Below are positions 43,576-51,610 of a DNA stretch of 64,000 bases, one piece after another; the first letter of the stretch is position 1; the number at the start of each line of letters is the position of its first letter. Location: NCBI GenBank assembly GCA_028278065.1, contig JANQFA010000038.1:2497-66496 (forward strand), given 5' to 3'. The notes under the pieces are model-generated. The model was not told the DNA's origin, made no database searches, and saw only the letters and a list, made by a program, of their open reading frames with translations. Source of the DNA: Myxococcota bacterium (GTDB lineage: Bacteria > Myxococcota_A > UBA9160 > JAFDET01). The position numbers and the translations under genes were made by a program.

Positions 43576-44567
43576 TACTTGAACTCGGGGAGGATTTCCT
43601 GCGCGATCAACTCGTGCTGCTGCGAGGGCAGGAAGATCATGTCCATGCCCAGGGCCTCGTAGCGCTTGAGCTCCTCGACCACCATCTCGATGGTCCCGCA
43701 GTAGAGACTCTGGGTGAAGCGCTGGTAGAGCGGGTGGTCCTTCGGCGGGTTGTAGACGTTCTTCCCGTTCTCATCGACCAGGTACCCGTAGCCGAGGATG
43801 TGCTCGTCGTAGAAGCTGTCGATCAGCATCTGACGCAGCCCCTCGGCCTCCTCCATCGTGTTGCCGATGCAGACGTCCTTGAAGGACGCCACGCGCAGCT
43901 GCGACTCGTCGAAGCCGGCCTCCCGACCCGCCTGGCGGTACTCCTTGACGATGGCCTCCGTGTGATCGAAGGGCGAGTTGGCGAGCCAGTAGTCCAGGCC
44001 CGCGGCGCCCGCCCGCCGGGCACCCTGCAGCGAGGTACCGCCGCAGAACCACTGATCGATGGGTCGCTGGATCGGGCGCGGATGCAGCGTCTCGTCTTCG
44101 TACCGGTAGTGCTTGCCCTCGTAGGAGAAACGCTCCTGGCTCGTCGCCAGGCGGAGCACCTCCATCGCCTCACGGAGACGTGCCCCCCGCGTGCGCTTCG
44201 CGGTGCCGAAGCCGTCGAACTCGTACGGTCGGTAGCCCATGCCGAGACCGAGACTGACCCGACCGCCCGAGAGCACGTCGAGTGTCGCCGCGATCTCCGC
44301 GGCCTCCAGCGGATCGTAGAGGGGCAGCAGCATCGCGTTGGTGCAGAGGCGGATCCTGCTGGTCGCCGCCGCGACGGCGGCGACTGCCTGCAGCGGGATC
44401 GGCATGAACTCGTCGTACATGAAGTGGTGTTCACCGCTGCCGTAGCCGTCGAACCCCAGCTCCTCGATCCGGATGGCGTCCTGGACGAAGCGCTCGTAGC
44501 CGTCCGCCAGCGCGTTCGGGATGGGGCGCATCTTCGACACCCCGAGGCTCGTGGTCCAGAACTCCAT
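43575..44567 (-). CDS. LLM-class flavin-dependent oxidoreductase/monooxygenase
   Basis: 330 aa from ATG 44565-44567 (MEFWTTSLGVSKM...). LLM blocks are EELGFDGYGSGEHHF and GGRVSLGLGMGYRPYEF. Confidence 0.85.
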   Translation of the reverse strand: MEFWTTSLGVSKMRPIPNALADGYERFVQDAIRIEELGFDGYGSGEHHFMYDEFMPIPLQAVAAVAAATSRIRLCTNAMLLPLYDPLEAAEIAATLDVLSGGRVSLGLGMGYRPYEFDGFGTAKRTRGARLREAMEVLRLATSQERFSYEGKHYRYEDETLHPRPIQRPIDQWFCGGTSLQGARRAGAAGLDYWLANSPFDHTEAIVKEYRQAGREAGFDESQLRVASFKDVCIGNTMEEAEGLRQMLIDSFYDEHILGYGYLVDENGKNVYNPPKDHPLYQRFTQSLYCGTIEMVVEELKRYEALGMDMIFLPSQQHELIAQEILPEFK

Positions 44568-44596
44568 TTCGGCTGACTGTCCTCCTCGCGTGCCCT

Positions 44597-45520
44597 TCAG
44601 GCCTGGAGCAGAAGCTGGACTTCCGAGGCGAAGCGATAGAGATCCATCGGTGTCGCCTCTCCGCGACGCCACACGAAGTGCGAGACCCCGGTCTTCCTGC
44701 GCAGATCCACGATCGCGTTCAACACGTCGCGCGGCGGCCCGCCCAGGGTCCGTTCGTCCGTCGCCCCGTCCAGCGCGACGCGGCGCTCGAGGACCACCTC
44801 GATCTCCCGGCGGGCACGGCCCGCCTTGTCCGCGATCTCGTGATAGCGCGCCAGTCGCAGGACCGCCTCCGAGGTGGGCAGGTCGGCCCCCACCATCGGG
44901 GAGATCCCGTGCTTCGCCGCCCACTCGAGGGTCTCGTCGTCGTCGATCTCGACGTGCACGGGCGTGTGGCTGACGTAGGGCTTCGGGGTGATCGCCAGGA
45001 AGTCGGGGGTCTCGGGGCCCCATTCCCACTGCGGGACGTAGTCGCCGCCGCTGGTGGGCACGCTGGTGCCCGGCGGTGCGTCGTCGGGCGTGTGGGCCGG
45101 AAAGCGGACGTAGTCGCCGCGATAGCGCATCTCGTCCACGGCCCACGACGACGTCACGAAGTCGATCATCTCGTGGACGTGACCCGCAGGCACGCCCTGG
45201 CGCGAGGCCGGCGCGAAGGCGAGGCCCGCCCGCCCCCGCGAGAAGTTGTCGAGTACCGCCACCTCCTCCGCAATGTGGGCTGGAAGGGCGCGAGTGACGC
45301 GGCGGCCCGCGATCCGGAGCTGACCGCTCCTGGTCTTCGTCGAGAGGTAGGTCAGGAAGACCGAGGGCTCGGGGCAGTCGGCGGGACCCTCCCGACCCTC
45401 GTGGATCCAGAAGCTGTGAAAGCCCATTCGATCCGCCTCGACGACCTCGGCGATCACGCCCTGCCAGCCGCCGGCGGCGTCGTCGAAACGATCCAGGTCC
45501 CAGCTCAGTCCGACCCTCAT
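44597..45520 (-). CDS. LLM-class flavin-dependent oxidoreductase (divergent paralogue)
   Basis: 307 aa. Its ATG overlaps the ligase stop (ATGA). The LLM-like N-terminus is MRVGLSWDL...ADRMGFHSFWIHEGRE, followed by a divergent middle region. Confidence 0.8.
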   Translation of the reverse strand: MRVGLSWDLDRFDDAAGGWQGVIAEVVEADRMGFHSFWIHEGREGPADCPEPSVFLTYLSTKTRSGQLRIAGRRVTRALPAHIAEEVAVLDNFSRGRAGLAFAPASRQGVPAGHVHEMIDFVTSSWAVDEMRYRGDYVRFPAHTPDDAPPGTSVPTSGGDYVPQWEWGPETPDFLAITPKPYVSHTPVHVEIDDDETLEWAAKHGISPMVGADLPTSEAVLRLARYHEIADKAGRARREIEVVLERRVALDGATDERTLGGPPRDVLNAIVDLRRKTGVSHFVWRRGEATPMDLYRFASEVQLLLQA

Positions 45521-47235
45521 CCGGATTCACCGCCGTTCCGCGTGCCGGCCCGCCTGCGGGCATCCTCCTGGAGGCTGGCCTTGCGGACCTTGCCGGTGGG
45601 CGTCATGGGGAACTCGTCCAGGAACACCAGGTGTTGCGGGTACATGTACCGGGTCACCTTCTGCGCATCCAGGTGGGCTCTCAGCTCCTCCAGGGTGAAC
45701 TCGCCGTCCCTGGGGACGATGTAGGCGCAGACCGTCTCGCCGAGGCGCTCGTCGGGCCAGCCCACCACCGCCACGTCGCGCACCCGCTCGTAGCCGCTGA
45801 GCAGATCCTCGATCTCCTTGGGGTAGATCTTCGAGCCGCCGCGATTGATGACCTCCTTGGCCCGACCCGCGAAGCACAGGTACCCGTCCTCGTCGACGAA
45901 ACCCAGGTCTCCGGTGTAGAACCAGCCCTCGTCGTCCCGCGTCGCGGCCGTGAGCTCCGGCTGCTTGTGGTACCCGACGAAGAGGGTCGGCCCCCGGAAG
46001 CAGATCTCTCCCGTCTCGTCGGCAGGAAGCTCCCGGGAGCGGTCCTTCGGATCGACGATCTTCAGCTCGGCTCCGAACATGGGCTTGCCGACGGTGTCGC
46101 GCTGCTTGTCTTCCGGGTCCCACCCCATCGTCCGGGTGTGCATGATCGTCTCACCCATGCCGTAGGTGTTGCCCGAGCTGCAGCCCCAGACCGCCTTGAT
46201 CCGCTCGATCAGCTCCGGCGAGCTGCGCGCCCCGCCCACTCCGGCGCTCTTGATCGTGGACGTGTCGTACTTCGCGAAGTCCGGGTGGTCGAGGATGCCG
46301 ATCATGTGGGCCGGGGTTCCGGAGAGGGCGGTGACCTTCTCGCTGTCGATCAGCTTCAGGACCTCGAGGGGGCGATAGCGGTCGACCAGCACCATGGGGA
46401 TGCGCCCCAGGGCGCACTGGTAGGTCGTGAAATGCCCGTAGCTGTGGGTCATCGGCGAGCAGGCCAGGTTCACCACGTCGGGGTCCATGCTCTTCATCGC
46501 GGTCGCCGCCATCTTGAAGAGCGAGACCAGCGTGTTGTGGGTGTGCAGGAATCCCTTCGGGTTGCCCTCCGTGCCCGACGTGAAGTTCAGGTAGAAGACG
46601 TCGTCCGGATCGGTCTCCACCTCGTCCAGGCGCTCCGGGCTGCGGCGGCCCTCTTCGACGAGCGCTTCGAGGGAGAGCTCGCCCTCCGACAGGGTCCCGG
46701 GGTCTGCCTGGCCACGCGCCACGATGAGGCTCTTCAGCTGGGGCAGATCGCCGCGGATCCCCCGCATCACCTCGGCGTAGGGGTACTCCCCGAACGACTC
46801 GGGCACGACCGCGTGGTCGGTCTCGCAGAACCCCAGCAGGGAGCGCATCTCGCGCTCGCGGAACACCAGGTGGAGCGGCTGGATCACCGCGCCGATCCGG
46901 GAGAGGGCGATCTGCAGGAAGCACATCTCCGGCCAGTTCGGGAGCTGCACGCTGACCAGATCTCCGGGGTTCACCCCACAGCCCCGCAGGCCGGCGGCGA
47001 GGGCGTCCGAGATCTCCTTGAACTCGCCGAAGGTGTAGCGGCGCTCCGCCGTGATGAGGGCGACGCCGTCGGGCCCCTCGGCGACGCTCTCGTCGAAGAG
47101 ATCGTGCAGGGTCCGATCGGTCCAGTGGCCTGCCGCCACCCAGCGCTCGCGGTACTCGTCCGAGAAGCGCGGATAGCGGTCGGCCGGGGGGCGGCTCGGG
47201 CGACGGGAACCGGTGGGAGGGGAGTTCTTGGGCAT
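45517..47235 (-). CDS. Acyl-CoA synthetase / AMP-dependent ligase
   Basis: 572 aa with the AMP-binding motif LNFTSGTEGNPKGF and a C-terminal TGKVRK. It is the first gene of the ten-gene operon. Confidence 0.9.
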   Translation of the reverse strand: MPKNSPPTGSRRPSRPPADRYPRFSDEYRERWVAAGHWTDRTLHDLFDESVAEGPDGVALITAERRYTFGEFKEISDALAAGLRGCGVNPGDLVSVQLPNWPEMCFLQIALSRIGAVIQPLHLVFREREMRSLLGFCETDHAVVPESFGEYPYAEVMRGIRGDLPQLKSLIVARGQADPGTLSEGELSLEALVEEGRRSPERLDEVETDPDDVFYLNFTSGTEGNPKGFLHTHNTLVSLFKMAATAMKSMDPDVVNLACSPMTHSYGHFTTYQCALGRIPMVLVDRYRPLEVLKLIDSEKVTALSGTPAHMIGILDHPDFAKYDTSTIKSAGVGGARSSPELIERIKAVWGCSSGNTYGMGETIMHTRTMGWDPEDKQRDTVGKPMFGAELKIVDPKDRSRELPADETGEICFRGPTLFVGYHKQPELTAATRDDEGWFYTGDLGFVDEDGYLCFAGRAKEVINRGGSKIYPKEIEDLLSGYERVRDVAVVGWPDERLGETVCAYIVPRDGEFTLEELRAHLDAQKVTRYMYPQHLVFLDEFPMTPTGKVRKASLQEDARRRAGTRNGGESG

Positions 47236-47263
47236 GTCGTCCGGAAGGCTGGTTGGTCCCGAT

Positions 47264-47293
47264 TTAACGGGTTAAGTATATTGCATCTGTTAA
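47264..47293. promoter_or_regulatory. A/T-rich patch with TTAAC/GTTAA repeats and a TATATT box in a divergent promoter region
   Basis: The sequence is TTAACGGGTTAA-GTATATTGCATCT-GTTAA. Three TTAAC/GTTAA pentamers and a -10-like TATATT (47277-47282) lie in the 104-nt gap between the ligase (-) and the small-protein gene (+). Confidence 0.3.
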
Positions 47294-47339
47294 AGTGCGC
47301 CACGGGAATCGCGCCCCAACCACGGACGAAGGCGGCCAC

Positions 47340-47738
47340 ATGATTCTATGGTCGAAGGGACTGGGAAAGCTGGTCCTCAGAATGAGCCTGGCGGAGCGAT
47401 CAGCCACCAGCGAGCAGGACGAGACCCTGGTCATCGATGGGACCATGGGGCCGCCGACCCACTGGGACTACGCGGTCAAGATGAACGAAGCCGACGTCCT
47501 CGACTTCGTCGACCTGCTCAAGCAGCCGGCCGCCGTGCGATTCGCCACCGAGGCCGACGCGACCGGTCCGCTGGTACGCGCCGCGCTCACCAGCGGCATC
47601 GTCTTCGCCTGGAACACGACGCGCTGCTTCCTCGGCCTGGACACCCGGTCCGAAGACGATGCGGAGGCAGGAACGACGCCCGCCGCGACGAAGCCGAGCG
47701 CAACGGCCGACCAGGAATCAGGAACAGATCGGAGCTAG
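47340..47738 (+). CDS. Small protein of unknown family (S1), paralogue of 51125-51607
   Basis: 132 aa from ATG 47340. This start is chosen because MILWSKGLGK aligns with the N-terminus MEFWSKGLGK of the paralogue. Third positions are G/C-rich. Its stop lies 8 nt before the CrtI-like gene. Confidence 0.6.
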   Translation: MILWSKGLGKLVLRMSLAERSATSEQDETLVIDGTMGPPTHWDYAVKMNEADVLDFVDLLKQPAAVRFATEADATGPLVRAALTSGIVFAWNTTRCFLGLDTRSEDDAEAGTTPAATKPSATADQESGTDRS

Positions 47739-47746
47739 CGACCAAG

Positions 47747-49462
47747 ATGCCGGGCCCTGAAAGAGAGTACGACGTCATCGTCGTCGGCGGAGGCATCAAC
47801 GGCCTCACCGCGGCGATCTATCTCCAGAAGTCGGGCCTGCGGGTCGCCTGCTTCGAGCGCAAGCTCGAAGCGGGATCCGGATGCTGCACCGAAGAGGTGA
47901 TGCAGCCCGGCGTGAAGGTGAACCTGTGCGCCTGCAACATGGCGACCCTCTGGTCGCCCGCCTACGGCGACCTCGAGCTCGAGAAGTTCGGCCTCGACAT
48001 GCTCACCTCCAGCGAGTGGGGGATGTTCCACCCCTTCAAGGACCGTTCGGCGGTGATGTTCAACTCGTTCCACGCCCAGAAGACCTACGAGCACTTCAGG
48101 AGCCGGAACGCGCATGATGCCGAGCTGTACAAGACGGCCTTCAACGTCATGGGCCCGATGCTCGGCGACACCATGATGGGCTCGATGTTCAGCCAGGCGA
48201 CCAACGGCCCCGAAGAGGCCGTGGCGGCCGAGGGCCTGGGCTCCGCCCTCCGCGCGATCATCCCCGAGATCCCCGAGAACGTCCACGAGCTCAACGGAAT
48301 CGAGCTCGCCGAGGCGGTCTACCACGACGAGAAGATCCGCACGGCCATTCTCGCCAACTGCATCATGGCGGGCTCCCACCCCTGGGATCGGGGCATGTCG
48401 ACTCTCATGCCCATCGTCTTCCCCATCATGCAGGCAGTCCAGAGCGTCACCTGGACCTGCCGCGGCGGGAGCCACTCCCTCGTGCACGCCCTCGCCTCCT
48501 GCTTCGCCTACCACGGCGGGCGGATGTTCACCGGCTGCCCGGTGGACGAGATGATCATGGAGGGCGACTCGGTCAAGGGCATCGCGCTCTCGAAGCACGC
48601 CATCTTCCCCGAGGCGGAGGTCCGGGCACGCCGCGCGGTGGTGAGCAACCTCTCGTGCCATCCGACCTTCCTGGATCTGATCGGCGAGGACAGGCTTCCC
48701 GACTGGGTGAAGGACGGCGTCGACGCCTACAAGAACGACGAGACGGTTCTCTTCGCCAACTACTGGGTGCTCGACCGGCCGCCCCGCTGGGAGGGCTACC
48801 CGGAGGAGATCAACGAGGCGTACGGCTTCAACTTCGGGATGGAGAGCGTCGACGACATCCGTCGGCTCGAACACTGCCTCGAGAACGACGAGCTTCCCGA
48901 CCCGCCCATCGTCTCCGGGCTCTCGGTGCAGGGCTTCGCCCTGGCCGATCCCAGCCAGGCGCCCGAGGGCCAGTACACGATGATGGCCTGGTCGAACGTG
49001 CCGTACAAGCTCCCGCAGCTCGGAGGACCCGAGAAGTGGGACGAGATCCGCGAGAGCTACGGGGACAAGGTCGACGACCTGCTCCGGGAGTACAACCCCG
49101 GCCTGATGGACTCGGTGGTGGACCGCTACTGCAACTCGCCGCTCGACTACTACCGGAAGAACCCCAGCCAGGTGATGGGCAGCACGACGAGCGGCCCCAC
49201 CTGCCTGAAGTGGTACGGCACCGCCCGCCCCTTCCCGGGCTGCGGCGCGCCGCGCACGCCCTTCGAGAACCTCTATCTCTCGAACTCGATCTGGCCTTTC
49301 GGCACCAGCAACCTCGGAGCCGGCTACGTGGCGGCCAGCATCGTCGCCGAGGATCTCGGCGTGCGCAAAGACCAGGACGATTGGTGGCGACACAAGAGCC
49401 TGGAAGCGGGATTCGAGCTGCTGAAGCGACGCGGCATCGAAGTGGATCTCAACATCTCCTGA
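47747..49462 (+). CDS. CrtI/phytoene-desaturase-family FAD-dependent oxidoreductase (subunit A-like)
   Basis: 571 aa. The N-terminal dinucleotide fold is EYDVIVVGGGINGLTAAIYLQKSGLRVACFE, and both the length and the C-terminal region are typical of COG1233-type enzymes. Confidence 0.88.
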   Translation: MPGPEREYDVIVVGGGINGLTAAIYLQKSGLRVACFERKLEAGSGCCTEEVMQPGVKVNLCACNMATLWSPAYGDLELEKFGLDMLTSSEWGMFHPFKDRSAVMFNSFHAQKTYEHFRSRNAHDAELYKTAFNVMGPMLGDTMMGSMFSQATNGPEEAVAAEGLGSALRAIIPEIPENVHELNGIELAEAVYHDEKIRTAILANCIMAGSHPWDRGMSTLMPIVFPIMQAVQSVTWTCRGGSHSLVHALASCFAYHGGRMFTGCPVDEMIMEGDSVKGIALSKHAIFPEAEVRARRAVVSNLSCHPTFLDLIGEDRLPDWVKDGVDAYKNDETVLFANYWVLDRPPRWEGYPEEINEAYGFNFGMESVDDIRRLEHCLENDELPDPPIVSGLSVQGFALADPSQAPEGQYTMMAWSNVPYKLPQLGGPEKWDEIRESYGDKVDDLLREYNPGLMDSVVDRYCNSPLDYYRKNPSQVMGSTTSGPTCLKWYGTARPFPGCGAPRTPFENLYLSNSIWPFGTSNLGAGYVAASIVAEDLGVRKDQDDWWRHKSLEAGFELLKRRGIEVDLNIS

Positions 49463-49496
49463 CGCCGGAGCACTGCAGCTTCATCGGAGTGCGTGG

Positions 49497-51125
49497 GTGG
49501 CAAACCTCGACGACAAGTACGACGTGATCATCATCGGCGGCGGCCCGAACGGACTGACGGCCGCCGGGTACCTGGCGAAGGCCGGCGCAAAGACGCTCCT
49601 CCTCGAACGCCACCACGAGGGCGGCGGCGGGCTCGTCACCGAGGAGTTCTCGGGCTTCCGCTTCAACACCCACGCGAAGCTGATGCTGATGATGGACTGC
49701 ATGCCGCCCTACGCGGACATGAACCTCGAGAGCTGGGGCTGCCGCTACGTCATTCCCGACGCGGCGCTCTCCCTGCTCACCCGGGACGGCAGGGCCCTCA
49801 CGCTCTACAGCGACATCCAGCGCTCCGCCAAGAGCATCGCGCAGTTCTCGACCGACGACGCCGAGCGCTACATCGGCCTGATGCAGGACTGGTACACCAT
49901 CGTCAACGAGGCCCTGATTCCGGCCACCTACTCCCTCCCCCTGCCCATGCTCGACATGGTCGTCAGCTACCAGCAGAGCGAGCTGGGGCGGGTCGTGAAC
50001 GACATGGCCGAGGAGACGTTCCTCGAGACCCTGGCCGCCGCCGGCTTCGAGAACAGCCTCGTCGAGGCCGCGCTGCTCTTCATGGGCACCATGTACGGCA
50101 TCGATCCCGAGGACGGCCTCGGCTTCCTCCTGCCCCTGTACGCGAACCGGGTGCTCCACTCGGCGGTGATCCTGTCCGGCTCCCACCAGCTGGCCGCCTC
50201 CCTGTCGCGCTTCGCGAACAACGCCGGCGCGAGCCTGGAGCGGGCCGCAGAGGTCACCAAGATCCTCACCGACGGAACCAAGGCCGTCGGGGTCCGCCTG
50301 GCGAGCGGCGAGGAGGTCTTCGCGGAGAAGATCATCGCCACGACCGATCCGGAGATGACCTTCCTCGACCTGGTCGGCGAAGACGTCTGCAACGCCGCGT
50401 CGCCCACCCTCGTCGCCCAGACGAAGGAGTGGGAGTGGGAGTCGGTCAGCCTCTACAACGTCCACTTCGCGCTCTCGGAGCGCCCCCGATACGCCGCCGC
50501 CGAGGACGATCCGGAGGTGGATCGGTCGCTGATCAAGGTCATGGGGCTCGAGTCCGTGGACGAGGTGATGAACCACATCAAGACGGTGAAGGAAGGCGGC
50601 TTCAGCCTGGCGGGCTCCGCCACCACCTTCACCGACTACGATCCCATGCAGGCCCCCATCGACGTCGAGCCCGGCTCCGCGGTCGCCTGCTTCGAGACCA
50701 TCGCCCCTTACGAGAACCGGGACGGCGACTGGGACGACGTCGGCGAAGGCTACGTCAAGAGGATCCGTGACATGTGGAGCGAGTACGCTCCCAACCTCAG
50801 GGATGCGACCGTGGTGCGGCACTACGTGAACCACCCGAAGGCGATCGAGGCCAAGCTGCCCAACATGAAGCGCGGATCGATCAAGCACGGGGCCTACCTT
50901 CCGACCCAGATGCTCTCGAACCGACCCAACCCCGACTGCTCGTCGTACCGCACGCCGATCGAGAACCTCTACGTGGGCGGGGCCAGCGTGTGGCCCGGCG
51001 GGATGGTGCTGCTCGGCGGGGGCTACAACGTGGCCGGGGTGGTGGCGGACGACCTGGGGCTCGAACGCTGGTGGAACGAGCCCGAGTACGTGGTCGAAGC
51101 ACGCAAGAAGGGACTGGTCGGCTGA
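49497..51125 (+). CDS. CrtI/phytoene-desaturase-family FAD-dependent oxidoreductase (subunit B-like)
   Basis: 542 aa with a GTG start. Contains KYDVIIIGGGPNGLTAAGYLAKAGAKTLLLE and a C-terminal NLYVGGASVWPGG block. It is a diverged paralogue of the preceding gene. Confidence 0.88.
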   Translation: MANLDDKYDVIIIGGGPNGLTAAGYLAKAGAKTLLLERHHEGGGGLVTEEFSGFRFNTHAKLMLMMDCMPPYADMNLESWGCRYVIPDAALSLLTRDGRALTLYSDIQRSAKSIAQFSTDDAERYIGLMQDWYTIVNEALIPATYSLPLPMLDMVVSYQQSELGRVVNDMAEETFLETLAAAGFENSLVEAALLFMGTMYGIDPEDGLGFLLPLYANRVLHSAVILSGSHQLAASLSRFANNAGASLERAAEVTKILTDGTKAVGVRLASGEEVFAEKIIATTDPEMTFLDLVGEDVCNAASPTLVAQTKEWEWESVSLYNVHFALSERPRYAAAEDDPEVDRSLIKVMGLESVDEVMNHIKTVKEGGFSLAGSATTFTDYDPMQAPIDVEPGSAVACFETIAPYENRDGDWDDVGEGYVKRIRDMWSEYAPNLRDATVVRHYVNHPKAIEAKLPNMKRGSIKHGAYLPTQMLSNRPNPDCSSYRTPIENLYVGGASVWPGGMVLLGGGYNVAGVVADDLGLERWWNEPEYVVEARKKGLVG

Positions 51126-51607
51126 TGGAGTTCTGGTCGAAAGGTCTGGGAAAGAAGACGATCGCCCTGCAGCTCACCGCGGGCGAGTCTCTGGTCAGTG
51201 AGGACGCCCTGTGTCTGAAGGGGGTCATGGAGGAGCCGGTCTCGTGGGAGTACGTGATGCTCCTCGACAAGACCGACCTCGTGGACTTCTTCGTCATCCT
51301 GCAGGAGCCGAACCTCGCCCGCTACATCCACGCTTCTCCCAATCGCTGGCGCCTCTACCTCGGAATGGTGAAGGGCGGCGCGCAGATCGCCCTGCGGGTG
51401 CTCGCCTCCCTCTGGAAGCAGAGCTTCGGCAACGCGGCGCCGGCGGAGAAGGTGGTGATCGAGCTGCCGCCCCCCTCGATGATCAAGAAGAAGAGGAAGA
51501 AGAAGGTCCTCTACCGCCGCCGGCTCAGCACCACCACCCTCGCCGCGCCGACGATGACCCCTCTAGCCTCGACCGGCGAGGCCACCCTCCGGGCCGGTCG
51601 CGTGTAG
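51125..51607 (+). CDS. Small protein of unknown family (S2) with a polybasic tail, paralogue of 47340-47738
   Basis: 160 aa. Its ATG overlaps the upstream stop (TGATG). It shares WSKGLGK, G-x-M-x-x-P-x-x-W-x-Y and D-x-x-DF anchors with S1 and contains MIKKKRKKKVLYRRRL. Confidence 0.6.
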   Translation: MEFWSKGLGKKTIALQLTAGESLVSEDALCLKGVMEEPVSWEYVMLLDKTDLVDFFVILQEPNLARYIHASPNRWRLYLGMVKGGAQIALRVLASLWKQSFGNAAPAEKVVIELPPPSMIKKKRKKKVLYRRRLSTTTLAAPTMTPLASTGEATLRAGRV

Positions 51608-51610
51608 CCC

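Noticed and set aside
44529-44567. N-terminal resemblance of the LLM protein (MEFWTTSLGVSKM) to the small proteins S1/S2 (MEFWSKGLGK).
   Set aside because: The similarity is limited to about 6 residues, and the rest of the LLM protein is a standard TIM-barrel LLM with no further alignment to S1/S2. It is most likely coincidence.
44568-45563. Long N-terminal extensions of track ORFs: 43575-45563, 41213-43075, 39202-41334, 24717-26477, 24241-25323, 60653-62755, 5669-6868, 29639-30616 and 1364-2050.
   Set aside because: In each case the extension runs through the upstream gene in another frame and is low-complexity. Internal starts were chosen where the family homology begins, usually with an SD-like motif or a stop/start overlap.
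47295-47339. The upstream GTG start for S1 (track ORF 47295-47738, MRHGNRAPTTDEGGH...).
   Set aside because: The paralogue S2 begins directly with M-E-F-WSKGLGK and cannot extend upstream as a separate protein. ATG 47340 gives the matching N-terminus and has a GAAGG upstream.
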